NCBI GenBank assembly: GCA_951406725.2
Contig: OX597815.1
Coordinates: forward strand, 47,492,001 to 47,556,000
Origin: Octopus vulgaris
Lineage: Eukaryota
Length of the DNA: 64,000 nucleotides
Direction: 5' to 3'
The notes beneath the pieces are model-generated. The model saw nothing but the letters and a program-made list of their open reading frames with translations, made no database searches and had not been told where the DNA came from. Both the position numbers and the translations under genes were made by a program. The first letter of the stretch is position 1. Every line of letters begins with the position of its first letter. Below, in pieces: positions 41,688 through 55,368 of the stretch.

Positions 41688-41888
41688 TAATGCGACGAAC
41701 TGGCAGAATCGTAAGCACACCGGGCAAAATGCTTAGCAGCATTTCGTCTGTCTTTAATATTCTGAGTTTAAATTCCACCGAGGTCGACTTTAATGAAATA
41801 AGTACCAGTTGTGCACTGCGGTCGCTGTAACTGACTACTCCACTTCCACCAAACGTTCAGGCCTTGAACCTGTATAATAGAAAGGGTT
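41030..41888 (+). mobile_element. Head-to-tail cluster of four SINE family A copies
   Basis: Repeated cagaatcgt..aaatgctta..gagtt.aaattc..gaggtcg cores near 41040, 41220, 41395 and 41700. Confidence 0.8.
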
Positions 41889-42760
41889 ATTCTTATCATT
41901 AGCTCAGTGATAGTAGACGCGGTGGAGGGTGGTGGACCGACCGACATTGACGACGTGGTACTGATAGGATGTTGTACCGGCAGCTACCGCTAAACCCGAC
42001 ACTTCCTACCGTCTGGCCACCATGTGAGAACATATGAGACCGAAGTGAACACCTGCAAACAGGCTTGGCACGCAATAAATCAAACGTCTACCTAGAAAGA
42101 AGAAGAAAAAATCCTCCCAAATAACTATTCATAGACACTCCCTCACGAATACACAAATGTATATGCATATATCAACACTATATATGTGCGTGTGTGTGTA
42201 TTGTGTGTCTGTGTGCGTATGTGTGAATGTGTGTATATACGTATAAATATATATTTACTATTATGGGCGAGTATACGCGGCTATATATATGTATGTATGT
42301 ATATATATATATGCATAATATGTATATATATATACATAAACACAATACATATGTAGATATGTAATACACACACACACATATATATATGTGTATATATGTA
42401 ATACACACACACACATATATATATATGTATATATATTTATATATCTATAGATATGTATATATATATATATACATATATATGTGTATATATACATATATGT
42501 GCGTGTATATACATATATGTATATATGTATATATGTAAGTACATATACATATATACATAGATACATACATACATATATATATATATACGCATGTACACGC
42601 ACACACATGCGCATGCATACGTAAAGTAAGATATCTTTATGCGTGTTACTAAGAAACGTGTATTGAATAGAGGAAGAGATGTATAGCTATATGTGTGCAT
42701 ATGTGAGTGTGTGTGTGTGTGCGTGTGTATGTGTATATACATGTATATTTAAGTATGCAT

Positions 42761-42803
<43 letters not shown>

Positions 42804-42834
42804 GATACGCACATGTGTATATGTATGTATCGGC

Positions 42835-42974
<140 letters not shown>

Positions 42975-43108
42975 TCTGCGTACGTGTCGCTACATTAACG
43001 AGCGCAGACACTATAAACGCTGACATAAATGCAGAGGAAAAAAGAGATATTTATACACCCTCACTTATGTAGTTATCACTATGTATTGGTATTTTTAAAT
43101 GCATGTAC

Positions 43109-43140
<32 letters not shown>

Positions 43141-43309
43141 CTGCGTGTGCGTATGTATGTGTGTATGCCCACGCGCACGTCTGTCGATGTACATAGACTG
43201 AGAGACGGAGAGAACACTAAGCTGTGATGGCTTCCTGGATCCCTCCGTAGTTAAGGTGACATTCGTTTACGTATACGAGTAAATAAATGTGAACCTCATA
43301 TATGTATGT

Positions 43310-43359
<50 letters not shown>

Positions 43360-43544
43360 ATACATGTATACATATACATATATGTATATATATGTATATA
43401 TATATGTATGTATATATACATACATATATATATATATATGTGTATATATATATATACACATCTACATACATATATATGTGTATATGTTCATACATATATA
43501 TATATACATGTATATACATATATTAACATATACAATTATATACG

Positions 43545-43594
<50 letters not shown>

Positions 43595-44060
43595 ATGTGT
43601 GTATGTATATATATATATAAGTATTCATGTGTGTGTGTGTATATATGTTTGTGTATATGGATATATATATATATAAGTGATTACAATGAAACCAAATCGC
43701 AACCCTTCCAAAAAGTTAACCTTGGCTAAAACATTACTGTACGTATACTGCTTATTCGACCGAACGAGAACATTTTATGAGTTCTAGACTCCTCGTTTTC
43801 GGCCTACCTACGCGATGGATATGTCGTAAAACATCACGTAATACTGCGAGCTGAATAGAAGCCATTGCTCTTGTGTAGTCTATGTAACTATTTCTAGTTA
43901 GCTTTAGCAGGACAGTTCAAACTTTAGTGGACATTTGTTCCTAGTACACTATGCCTATGAAAAAAATACTGGATGGTTACGATTTGGACGTCCGTGATGA
44001 CGGGTATTTTTATGAGAGAGTATATTCTCATTGACTTCCCTCTTGCTTTATATAAAAATA

Positions 44061-45592
44061 CTAGCATTATGACCCGTCGTTGCCGGGTCATACAAAATAC
44101 AAAGTTATATCTTGATATCGCTACAAAGTTATATCTTGATATCGCTAGTGATAACAATATTCAAAATATATAACAGACTGGAATTGTAGGCCCGTCTCTT
44201 GCAATTTCGATCAATTGTATCTTATCCTCCCTCTTGTATAGAAGTGTGGCTACAATCCAGCCTACCTCTACTTCTGGGGGCACATTTTTAATTTTTATCC
44301 GGGACGTCCTACGTAGCATATATAAAAGTAAAAATATTTCCACTTTGCAAGGTTCGAGTCGAGTACTCTCTTGCACGCTCCATTGACTCGAACCTTGCTT
44401 CTATTGTGGCGAATTTACCGCCTCTGGTTAGATATCTTTCATAGTCGCACCAATACACTTTTCGATGGTGCCTTCCTCCAGGTGTTCAAATCTTATTTTT
44501 CTCTACATTGACAATAGTCTTTTCTTTAATTTTATTTTTTATTTCGTTTGGTGGCGTTATCCTAGATTCACCGTCTTTGTCGGTGATCAATCCGAAATAG
44601 GTTTGTATTTCTTCCATTTTAATTTTAATGAGTTCGCGCCCGCCGACGGCTGCAGTGAAATTCATTTTTGGACTTTCTTCAATCAAAGGCATTCTAACAA
44701 ATTGCTTCCGTATAAACGGTGAAAATATTGTTAATTTCCCCAAACAGGGACTCAATTCAATTTTCAAACAATAACCAAAGCTCCTTCTCCCAAAGAGGGA
44801 GGGTTACAGTTTACAATTATTTAACAAATGCAACACAACAACGTTTCCCTTACGAGGAAGCAACAAACGTGATAACAATAGTTAAACAGTAATAATAAGA
44901 AGAACAAACCTTACGGTGAATCAAAAAGCAGTATGCAATTGAAGCTATAGTCCTTTATGCATAAGAAATAAACCAACAGCAGTACTCAGTTGAAGCGGCT
45001 GCTCGAGAAAACAGACATTACATACAGCCAAACTTCATATAGATACTTAATGCTAGCTAATTAGCTGATAATCTAATGTAAAAGCCGTGGTAAACGGTAT
45101 ATGCACAGCTCCATCTGAACTATTCCATTTTTGCACACTAATTTTATTTTTATTTATTCCCATTCATGTGAAACCACTTATTCAAGTTCAAGTCATTGAT
45201 ACAATTTTATACCAATTGCTATTTTTACTTTTGTTTTGTTACGATTATATTATACTTTAGTTTGATTTTAATTATTACTTCCTACATGTAATTCAATTGT
45301 TATTATTATCTCTAATTTTTATTGTTTTATCTGACATAAAATAGAGAAATGTTTTTGTTTCACTTTTAACACGTAATACTGAAATAGTGGAGAAAATATG
45401 ATATTGCTATGGGCTCGCCCTAGGCAAGAAGTTGAACATTTTTTTTGCCCATGAAACTACATGGACCCTAAGTAAGGCATGTGTAAAATTTGAATGAAAT
45501 TGGTTGTGTAGTTCTCAAGTTTTAGGGAAACAGACAGACAGACAGACAGACAGAGAGACAGACACATATTATCAGTTTTATATATAGAGAGA
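44061..45592 (-). mobile_element. Non-autonomous Helitron (1532 bp)
   Basis: Minus strand A|TCTCTCTATATATAAAA..(tctg)n..; perfect 9-bp hairpin tatgacccg/cgggtcata (44068-44092) just before terminal CTAG|T; AT target; no TSD. Confidence 0.85.
44165..44720 (-). pseudogene. Frameshifted coding fragment inside the Helitron, possibly LINE ORF1-like
   Basis: Joined frames read KIKEKTIV..EEGTIEKCIGATMKDI/RYLTRGGKFATIEARFESMERAREYS..YMLRRTSRIKIKNVPPEVEVGWIVATLL. The ORF1 assignment is inference. Confidence 0.45.
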
Positions 45593-45868
45593 TTATTTCT
45601 CATTGCCTTGAAATACTTATGATGACAACAACGCACAAGTCTCGCTTGTAAGAGTAATGTTTCTAAATATACAAGATGCGGGTTCGTGTGCCGGGGAAGG
45701 CGTTCAACTTGATTGTTTTTTTTTCTCCGAAAGTGTGGTTCATCATCCCAGTATTCGCAGGCTGGTAATTATATCTTTATGTGCTTCGTGATCCACTGTT
45801 CCGACGAAGAAATATATTCATTAAATTTATAAAATAAAATCTTTCGTATTAGAAGGTATGTATATATA

Positions 45869-45920
<52 letters not shown>

Positions 45921-46154
45921 GCCCTATCTAGGTTTCGGCGAAAAAATCGACCTCAGCACTTTTCAAAGCCTGGTATTTATTCTGTCAGTGTTTTATGCAG
46001 AACCGCAAACTTACGAGGACGTAAACACAGCAACACCAGTTGTCAACCTGTGTGCGTGTGTGTATATGGAGAGATGGACCAATCACAAGCACAATTACAC
46101 ACACAAACTAAAAGAAGTCTGTCCTTTATGTATACATATACATACATACATACA

Positions 46155-46185
<31 letters not shown>

Positions 46186-46590
46186 GTATGTATGTGTGTG
46201 TGTGTATGTGTGTGCATTAAAGTACATGATTATAAAAACAATTATGATTAAGGGCACTGGAACGCCAGTGCCTATACGTTAGAAGTAGATGTGAAATACC
46301 TATAATTCACTTTAAATTTATTCTCTATTTATAACCCAAGGCCAAATGCGAGGAAATGAGCAAGAAGGTTTACAAATTTCGAATAATCCTAATCTTAAGA
46401 TTTTGTGTTCTGTAATGAAGATTACTTTGTACTCATCCGTAGAGATAAACCGACAATACAGAAATGAAAAATATATATATACCTATTGATACATTTTTGC
46501 GTACAGATACCAATACAAACATGCATTTCCCGTTTATATATTACATCTAATCGCCTATCTCGTAATATACACGCGGGAAATGCATACATG

Positions 46591-46666
<76 letters not shown>

Positions 46667-46673
46667 GAGAGAG

Positions 46674-46722
<49 letters not shown>

Positions 46723-47064
46723 CGCGCACATGCATAACTGACCTCATTCATCCATCATTCAAATGTCTTAAGACGCAGGCGCATTTGACCTGCCACATAC
46801 TCGTGTCGTGGCATAGTTATGGGTCTTTTACACAGTACCAAAGGTGCAAAGCATTATTTTACATAGATGTCAGTGTTATGGCCACAGGATGGGTTCTACT
46901 CGTAAATTATGCACTTCTGCCAGTGATTCTAGATTTTTCCTACAATTCCGTATGTATCCAACTGTTATGTGAGATTTTAGATACTTTTAGTATATTTATC
47001 CTTGGACACAGCACGAGACCAGGTACCTTTGTCTGTCTGCCGGTCAGTCTGTCAGTTTGTATGC

Positions 47065-47115
<51 letters not shown>

Positions 47116-47649
47116 ATTCAATCTCAATCTTTTTGACTTCTGCAAACACACACACACAACATACATAAATGCGTACATAGACACATATGTTTATATCTTT
47201 ATGTGAATATATATATATATATATGCATGTATATATACATGTACCAGCTTTCATTCGTTGTAAAGCGTCACTTTCTCCCTGTGACATTTACTCCTTTATT
47301 TGATCAAATTATTCAAGACAAACATAACATTCTTCTGTCCGCATACGGATCTTTTTCTTTGTTACAAACTTTAGGTCAAAGTTTAAAATGTTGATTAAAA
47401 TGTAATTTTTTTGTTTTTGTTTTAAAACTTCCTGTTCTCTCAGATAAATAGGTTAATATCCTAGTGCAGTCGATGCCATTAAATAATACTACTCTCCCTA
47501 TGAAATATTGACCTCTAACAAGTCTATAACACCTTTTGTAGCTGATATAGCAGATTAGCATCTCATTGCCGGTTTTTTTTTTCATCTATTTTAACTATTT
47601 TCCTCACTTCGACTTTCTTAATTTCTATGAGAAAACAAAATTCGTTTCG

Positions 47650-48100
47650 CCATTGCGTGACTTTGTGAGCGAAGGGGCACGAAGGGTGTTGTCCACATAA
47701 AATTTAGGCTTGCATTTTAGCATCTCATATTCTAACTTGGAGGCTAAAATGTGAGAAGTACGTTCTGCTGCAACAGCTTCAAGACAAATCCTGCTCTGTG
47801 TTGCATATGCAGCGATTCTTCCCGAAACGCTTTTGTCCTCGCGGTCAGTCCTGAGGCACTCTTAGTGGAGGTGACAAACTGTTGGATGAAGTGTCATCAC
47901 GCCTCGCAATTATAGAAGATCAATAATGACAGTCAATGTGAAAACACCAAGAACTTTCTTCAGAAACGCATTTTAAATTTTCTTTGATGTCACTGTCTTG
48001 GTGACCAGTGAAGAGTTTGCCGTTCAACACAGACAAGCGGTGGTCCTCAATACTTTCTCAAGTTTGATATGGAGATCTGCCCAATGAGGTTTGTAGCTAG
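47650..48100 (-). pseudogene. RTE-clade LINE 3' fragment
   Basis: Minus-strand translation EDHRL..LNGKLFTGHQD...LKKVLG..IDCH resembles the RTE C-terminus (EDHRLPK.VLYGEL.TG.R..LKKSL..C.ID). Confidence 0.6.
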
Positions 48101-48543
48101 GACATGAAAGGCCTTTTCTGTGGAAACCTCTACTAATAAATTTGCTAAGAAATTCACCCCAGTGACTAGACAAGACAACAATCACAGTCCATTAAAACGA
48201 TCGGTCGACTAACTAGAAGATCTACTTAATTAAGGTTGGATTAAACTTAAAAGCAACGAAAGTACCAATTCTCTCACGAATCAGTGCAAGAATTCTTACC
48301 TGATCGGCCGGCCACCAAGAAATATCAATAAAACTTTCCCTTAAATCACTTTCTAATTGACTTTAAAAATTAAGAATATATAAATATATTGTCTAATATG
48401 TATTCCTATGCAATTTCGAAATAAATTTGATGATAGTCACGGCTCGAATGCGCATGGTTATAATTCTACTCGTTTAGAACCGACTTGTGACTAAACACTA
48501 ACAACAACAATAACATCAACTAAAGCACAGGCTCACTTCTCTT

Positions 48544-48574
<31 letters not shown>

Positions 48575-48593
48575 GTTGCTCTCTCTTCCTTCT

Positions 48594-48634
<41 letters not shown>

Positions 48635-49123
48635 TCTATCTTAAAAGTAAAATGTTGGTGAGATTGGAAAACACAATTTCAGCTGGAGCAGCGGGGCTGA
48701 ATCACGGCAAGAATGTCTATAATCAGCGTGCTCGGTCAGAGCTGACCTGAGACTAAATGACAACATATGCATGGATAAATCCATATATGAATTTAAACTC
48801 AAAAGATATGTGAATACTCTGCAAGTATATGGGCAACAGTTGAACAACCTTCTTAAATCACATTATACAATATTATGGAGACAAATGACTCCTTTGAACA
48901 CGTTTGTTCAAAGAGGACTTGGTTACAACTGGGCTGTCTTGAATCATGGATCTGCTCGATGAAATCTGACTAGTGGCTAAACTAAAAGTATTATCCAACT
49001 ATAATGTTACTCAGCGACATCACACTTAAACAGCATTACATCTCATTATTGCTCTGTTGTGCAACTCTGGTTTTATGCCACCAAACTAAACTAATATTTC
49101 TCCGCATCACAATAGTACACTAC

Positions 49124-49631
<508 letters not shown>

Positions 49632-50537
49632 GTACTCTGTACTATTACACTACAACCTAAATTCTTCCATCCTGTTGTATCTCTACACTGCACAAAAATA
49701 CTGATAGTTTACAAAATGTCTCTTTAAGTTCTTTCGACCAGCTAAAAACATGTCAAATTTCTATCAAATTGCACCTTGTTTTCTTAAAAACTGAGAGACA
49801 CATCGCATAGCGTAATTTTATATATATCAAACCTTCGTTATAAAATAATTTGATGGCCACACCTGGAACATCTTTCATCATAGATTTCCTAAATTAGTTC
49901 TGAGCTGGGGATCACCAACAATAACATCAACATCGCAATCAATATCGTACCATATGTTGCTATATATTCTCTGAAGATTTACTCTAAATCACCGTAGTAA
50001 CGCTGCGCACGATTTCTTATTGTCTGCGATGAAAGGATTTTTAAGCTATTGATACTTGTCTTAATCTCCTGGTAACTGTCTAAACAGATGGAAATTATTC
50101 ATGTATATCCGAGACTGACTGTTTGCAGCAACAATTTCGCTTAGCCTCAAGTCAGATCGATCATTGCCAGCTCATTTTATTTCTTTTTTCTCATATGATT
50201 TTTTTGTTGCTAAAACGGTAAGCTGTGGTGATTTAGCTGCTATTTTTAGCAAGCTGATCAACTGTCGGGAGATCCTATCAACGGCCCTATCAAAAATATA
50301 TAGAATCGGAAACTCGCTTAAGCACAACTGTCAAGTGTTTAAATTAATATTAATAAACTCATAATTTTCTGAAACTCGCTCTATATGCCCCTTCAAGTCC
50401 TCATTTCATGAAAACAACAGAACATTTGCTAATACATTAAAATATCAACTAATTAGTAATATGACTTTATACTATATCTACAGCATCGTTTTCATTTCAT
50501 AGTTTCAATAGGCATCGAGATGTTAACATTAGGTAAT

Positions 50538-50803
50538 AAAAAATAATAAGTAAACGTTTCCTTCTCGAGCGATGCCAGGCTCATGTGGGCCTGTTTCCCG
50601 GTTTTATTGGCGTATATATTCCCCACTTGGCCGGGACGCCGATCCGTCGCGGGATTACTCTTTTTTGCCAACTGAGTGAACTGGAGCAACGTGAAATGAA
50701 GTGTTTTGCTCAAGAACACAACGCGTCGCCCGGTCCAGGAATCGAAATCGCAATCTTACGATCATAAGTCAAATACCCTTACCACTAAGCTACGCACCTC
50801 CAG
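50538..50803 (-). mobile_element. SINE family D head with tail shared with 29539-29843; perfect 14-bp TSD
   Basis: TSD taacattaggtaat at 50524-50537 and 50804-50817. Confidence 0.88.
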
Positions 50804-51722
50804 TAACATTAGGTAATTCGCCTCTAAAATTTTCTTTGGTGGCCTCACTATAGGTTTGTAAAAGAGTATACATATACATGCACACGCATACACACACACA
50901 CGCACACACACACGCACACGGACAGAGAGACAGAGAGACAGGCAGACAGATAGATAAGTAAACCATTTATATAAATAAAAATGAGTAACGAGAGATAACT
51001 CAGAGGTCAGTAAAATGTACTTGAATAGCATAGGCAAATACGGGTATATCAACTAATCTACGGCAGTAATTTATTATGATTTTCTTCACTTCTAGAGGAT
51101 GTGTTATAATTATCAAATTGCAATTAAAAGCGCCTCCATATGATGAAGGAAAATAATTTCAAGAATCAAGTATTCTCAAAATTTGACATGCCTTAAAAGA
51201 AAAGGGTACATTTACTGTCTGGAGAAAAGAGGCAGTCATGGACATGTGCTTCTTCTACCTCACTAGGCGTCATCAGCACGACAATTGTCGAACCTTATCT
51301 TTAAATCCCTTGTGGCTCAGCAACTTAAATATATACAAAATGTAGGACACATTTATGACTTGAATAATTTGCTTTATTTAAGCAAAATGAGCTACAAGAG
51401 ATGATTTCGATCGAACAGTGGTATAAATTTAAACAACATTGATAAATACAGTATATCAAATGCAATACATCATAATTTCTTGATATATTAATATTATCTT
51501 TATATTTATATGTATTTATATAGTGGAAGTCGATTCGTGACCAAATACCACCACTTCTTCAATTCCAGTAAGTCCATGTAAACGTTCCGAGAGAGCAAGA
51601 AGCTCCTTGTGCGTGAGTTTGTTTTCAGTAGATAAAGTGCTGCACTGCACTGATCCCACTTCTCAGCAAAATCAGCTATAAAACCAGGGGCACAAAAAAA
51701 GGTTGAGACTAGAAACCAAACC

Positions 51723-51950
51723 TATTTCTTTATTACCCACAAGGGGCTAAACTTAGAGGGGACAAACAAGGACAGACATAGGTATTAAGTCGATTACATC
51801 GACCCCAGTGCGGAACTGGTACTTAATTTATTGACCCCAAAAGGATGAAAGGCAAAGTCAACCTCGGAGGAATTTGAACTCACAACGTAACGGCAGACGA
51901 AATACCGCTAAGCATTTCGCCCGGCGTGCTAACGTTTCTGCCAGCTCGCC
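51723..51950 (-). mobile_element. SINE family A monomer with perfect 17-bp TSD
   Basis: TSD agactagaaaccaaacc at 51706-51722 and 51951-51967. Confidence 0.93.
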
Positions 51951-52574
51951 AGACTAGAAACCAAACCATCTGTAGATCCACTAACTGCCTGGAGGTGGCA
52001 ATGCGCCACCAACTGGGCAAAAGAAAAGTAATTATTAGCATAAGTGTTGTAGGTTCGTTAGTGAACGTAAGTTCAGTCTCTGGGTCAGTGAAAATTTATC
52101 TACTCTTGTTAAACTGTTACAAACTATTAGATTCATAAGAAAAAGAAACTGGAATGGAGAGTATCACGTATATAAGCGACAGATTGAGCGATCTATCTCC
52201 GGTGGATTTAATACATCAAGCATTTGGAAAGGCCGGAGAGTACAACAACTGAAACGTTTTAAATTTTGGCAAACGGCCAAGAAGTTCGGGGAGGGGGTAA
52301 GTCGATTACATTGACCCCAGCGCTTAGCTTATATATCGTGCAAGTTTCTAAATTTGTGTTAGAAACAGCACAATAACGTAAACATACATAATCACATACT
52401 CAATATATGTGTGTTGTCAAGCGTTACAAGGCAGTCTTTTGTAAATCGCTTCGGTAGTGGAGGATGTGACACAAATGAGCGTGAATAAACTCGAAATATA
52501 GGTGTCTGTCTCTCTCGTTCACTTTCGAGGCAATCTCGTTTCGACTAGCCTTGAAATATGCTGTGCTTTTTAAC

Positions 52575-52605
<31 letters not shown>

Positions 52606-52687
52606 GTCCCGGGTTGATTCGGGGTTAACCACAGTAAGTAAGGTACTCAATACATAGCAGAGTAAAATTAATTTATTATATAGAAGG

Positions 52688-52738
52688 AGCTTCTACAGGA
52701 CTAGTACTGTTTCATTCAAGAGAAATCTTCAGGAAGCT
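52688..52738 (-). ncRNA. Type I hammerhead ribozyme (left arm)
   Basis: Exact reverse complement of 54891-54941. Confidence 0.75.
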
Positions 52739-53113
52739 ATTTAACAAGAATTGTATTAGCATTTATACATTTAGGCAGGTTTAAAGGAGTGGTGGTGGGG
52801 GACTTTTTGGGGGTAGGCATAGCGCAAAATATCATACTTGGGGGAGTGGTCAAGGAGTCAGTGGTAAGTTAGATGAAAGAATAGATAAATAAAAAAATAA
52901 AAAAATAAAAAATAAAAAAATAAAATAAAAAAATAAAAAAATAAAAAATATAAAAAATATATATAAAAAAATATATATATAAAATATATATATAAAAAAA
53001 TATATATAAAAAAAAGGGGGGATAGAGTTATAGGTAAATAAGGAGATTCTCACTTATACCTATACACACATGTATACGTATCTACACACACATACATACA
53101 TACACATATATAT

Positions 53114-53162
<49 letters not shown>

Positions 53163-54459
53163 CATATGTACACACATACATACATATCTACATACACACA
53201 TACATACACCCGCCCACATATACAAATTTATACACATGCACATGCCTATACCTGTCTACACATACACACACGTATATATGCATACACTCACTCCCATGCA
53301 TGCACGCATACACACATGTATATATATATATATATATATACCCACGACCACACATACATATATACACATAAAAATATATATTCATACGCACATACACTCA
53401 TGCACACACAACACACCTAGTTCCCTATATACACATATTTACACCTATATATACATACACCCACATACACCTATGTACACATATATATATATAAACATAT
53501 ACACGCATACATATATATACATGTGTGCACATACATACATACACACATATATACATACACATACACATACACATGTGTACCTATACATACCTACACATAC
53601 ACACATACATACATACAAATATACATATACATATATATATATACAATCCAATACAGGCCCATTCCCTAATTTTAATTTTATTATCTTCATTTATTACTTT
53701 TGTTATCTTTGATCGCTAGGGCTAAGAATCCTGGCAATGGCTGCATGTCCATTTGTCTGTCTACTAGAAGGCAAGTACTCATTCCCGCACGCACACTCAT
53801 TAGCACGTACATTCACCCATTCGTACACTCATACACATACACGTACGCACGCGTTATATTCATACATACAAACATCTACATACGTTCACGTATATACACA
53901 TACGTACTCGTACCTACAGATTCGTGTCTACACTTTAGGAGGCTAGTCTATACATATACACCAATAAATATACATATATATATATATATACCCGCATATA
54001 CATACACACACACACATATATACTCCTACATACAGATACATACCTATATATATATATACAATATATATATATATATATATATATACATACATACACATAC
54101 ACATACACACATACATATACACACACATACATACACATATATATACATACACAAACATATATACACACATATATATATACATACACACATACACACATAC
54201 ATACGTATACATACATACATACATCCATACATCCATACTTACATGCATTTATACGCATACACACACCCACACATACACGTGGGTATATATATATATATAT
54301 ATACATGTGTGTATGCGTGCATGCATGGGAGTGAGTGTATGCATATATACGTGTGTGTATGTGTAGACAGGTATAGGCATGTGCATGTGTATAAATTTGT
54401 ATATGTGGGCGGGTGTATGTTTGTGTGTATGTAGATATGTATGTATGTGTGTACATATG

Positions 54460-54512
<53 letters not shown>

Positions 54513-54890
54513 ATATATATGTGTATGTATGTATGTGTGTGTAGATACGTATACATGTGTGTATAGGTATAAGTGAGAATCTCCTTATTTACCTATAACT
54601 CTATCCCCCCTTTTTTTATATATATATTTTTTTATATATATATTTTATATATATATTTTTTTATATATATTTTTTATATTTTTTATTTTTTTATTTTTTT
54701 ATTTTATTTTTTTATTTTTTTATTTTTTTATTTTTTTATTTATCTATTCTTTCATCTAACTTACCACTGACTCCTTTGACCACTCCCCCAAGTATGATAT
54801 TTTGCGCTATGCCTACCCCCAAAAAGTCCCCCACCACCACTCCTTTAAACCTGCCTAAATGTATAAATGCTAATACAATTCTTGTTAAAT

Positions 54891-54941
54891 AGCTTCCTGA
54901 AGATTTCTCTTGAATGAAACAGTACTAGTCCTGTAGAAGCT
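54891..54941 (+). ncRNA. Type I hammerhead ribozyme (right arm)
   Basis: AGCUUC-CUGAAGA-U-UUC(UCUU)GAA-U-GAA-ACAG(UACUAGUC)CUGU-A^GAAGCU: 6-bp stem I, intact core, 4-bp stem III with palindromic ACUAGU loop, GUA site (cleavage after 54935). Confidence 0.75.
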
Positions 54942-55328
54942 CCTTCTATATAATAAATATATATATATATATATATATAGTGTTAAAAAACACAGCATAT
55001 TTCAAGGCTATATATATATTTGTATATCTTTTTATGTATTTATATATTTATAATGCCAACGTATTTTTAAATATTAAATATGTATATGTTTATATACTTG
55101 TGTTTTAATACTGTATTATCTGAAACTTTATACTGATTGATTAATGTCCAATGAAAGTACACGTATATATTGAATGTTCTATTGGATAATAGGTCATGTT
55201 CTTCTAGTTTTCCGCTGGTATTGCCTCCTTTGAAATTATAAATTGGAACTTAGCTCAATTAGAGGACTTTAATTCTAACCTGTTTCTTAGCATTGTTAAA
55301 GTTAACAATCTCTACATAACATTGTGTA

Positions 55329-55368
<40 letters not shown>

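Larger units (their letters stand above)
52602..54958 (-). mobile_element. Non-coding Penelope-like element with an inverted ~680-bp pseudo-LTR, inserted in (TA)n
   Basis: Arms 52671-53346 and 54278-54958 are near-identical reverse complements around a 931-bp spacer. Each arm has an outward-facing hammerhead followed by AATAAA. Confidence 0.7.

Noticed and set aside
51570-51635. Minus-strand ctgaaaa..cggaacgtt motif
   Set aside because: Both conserved boxes are mutated.
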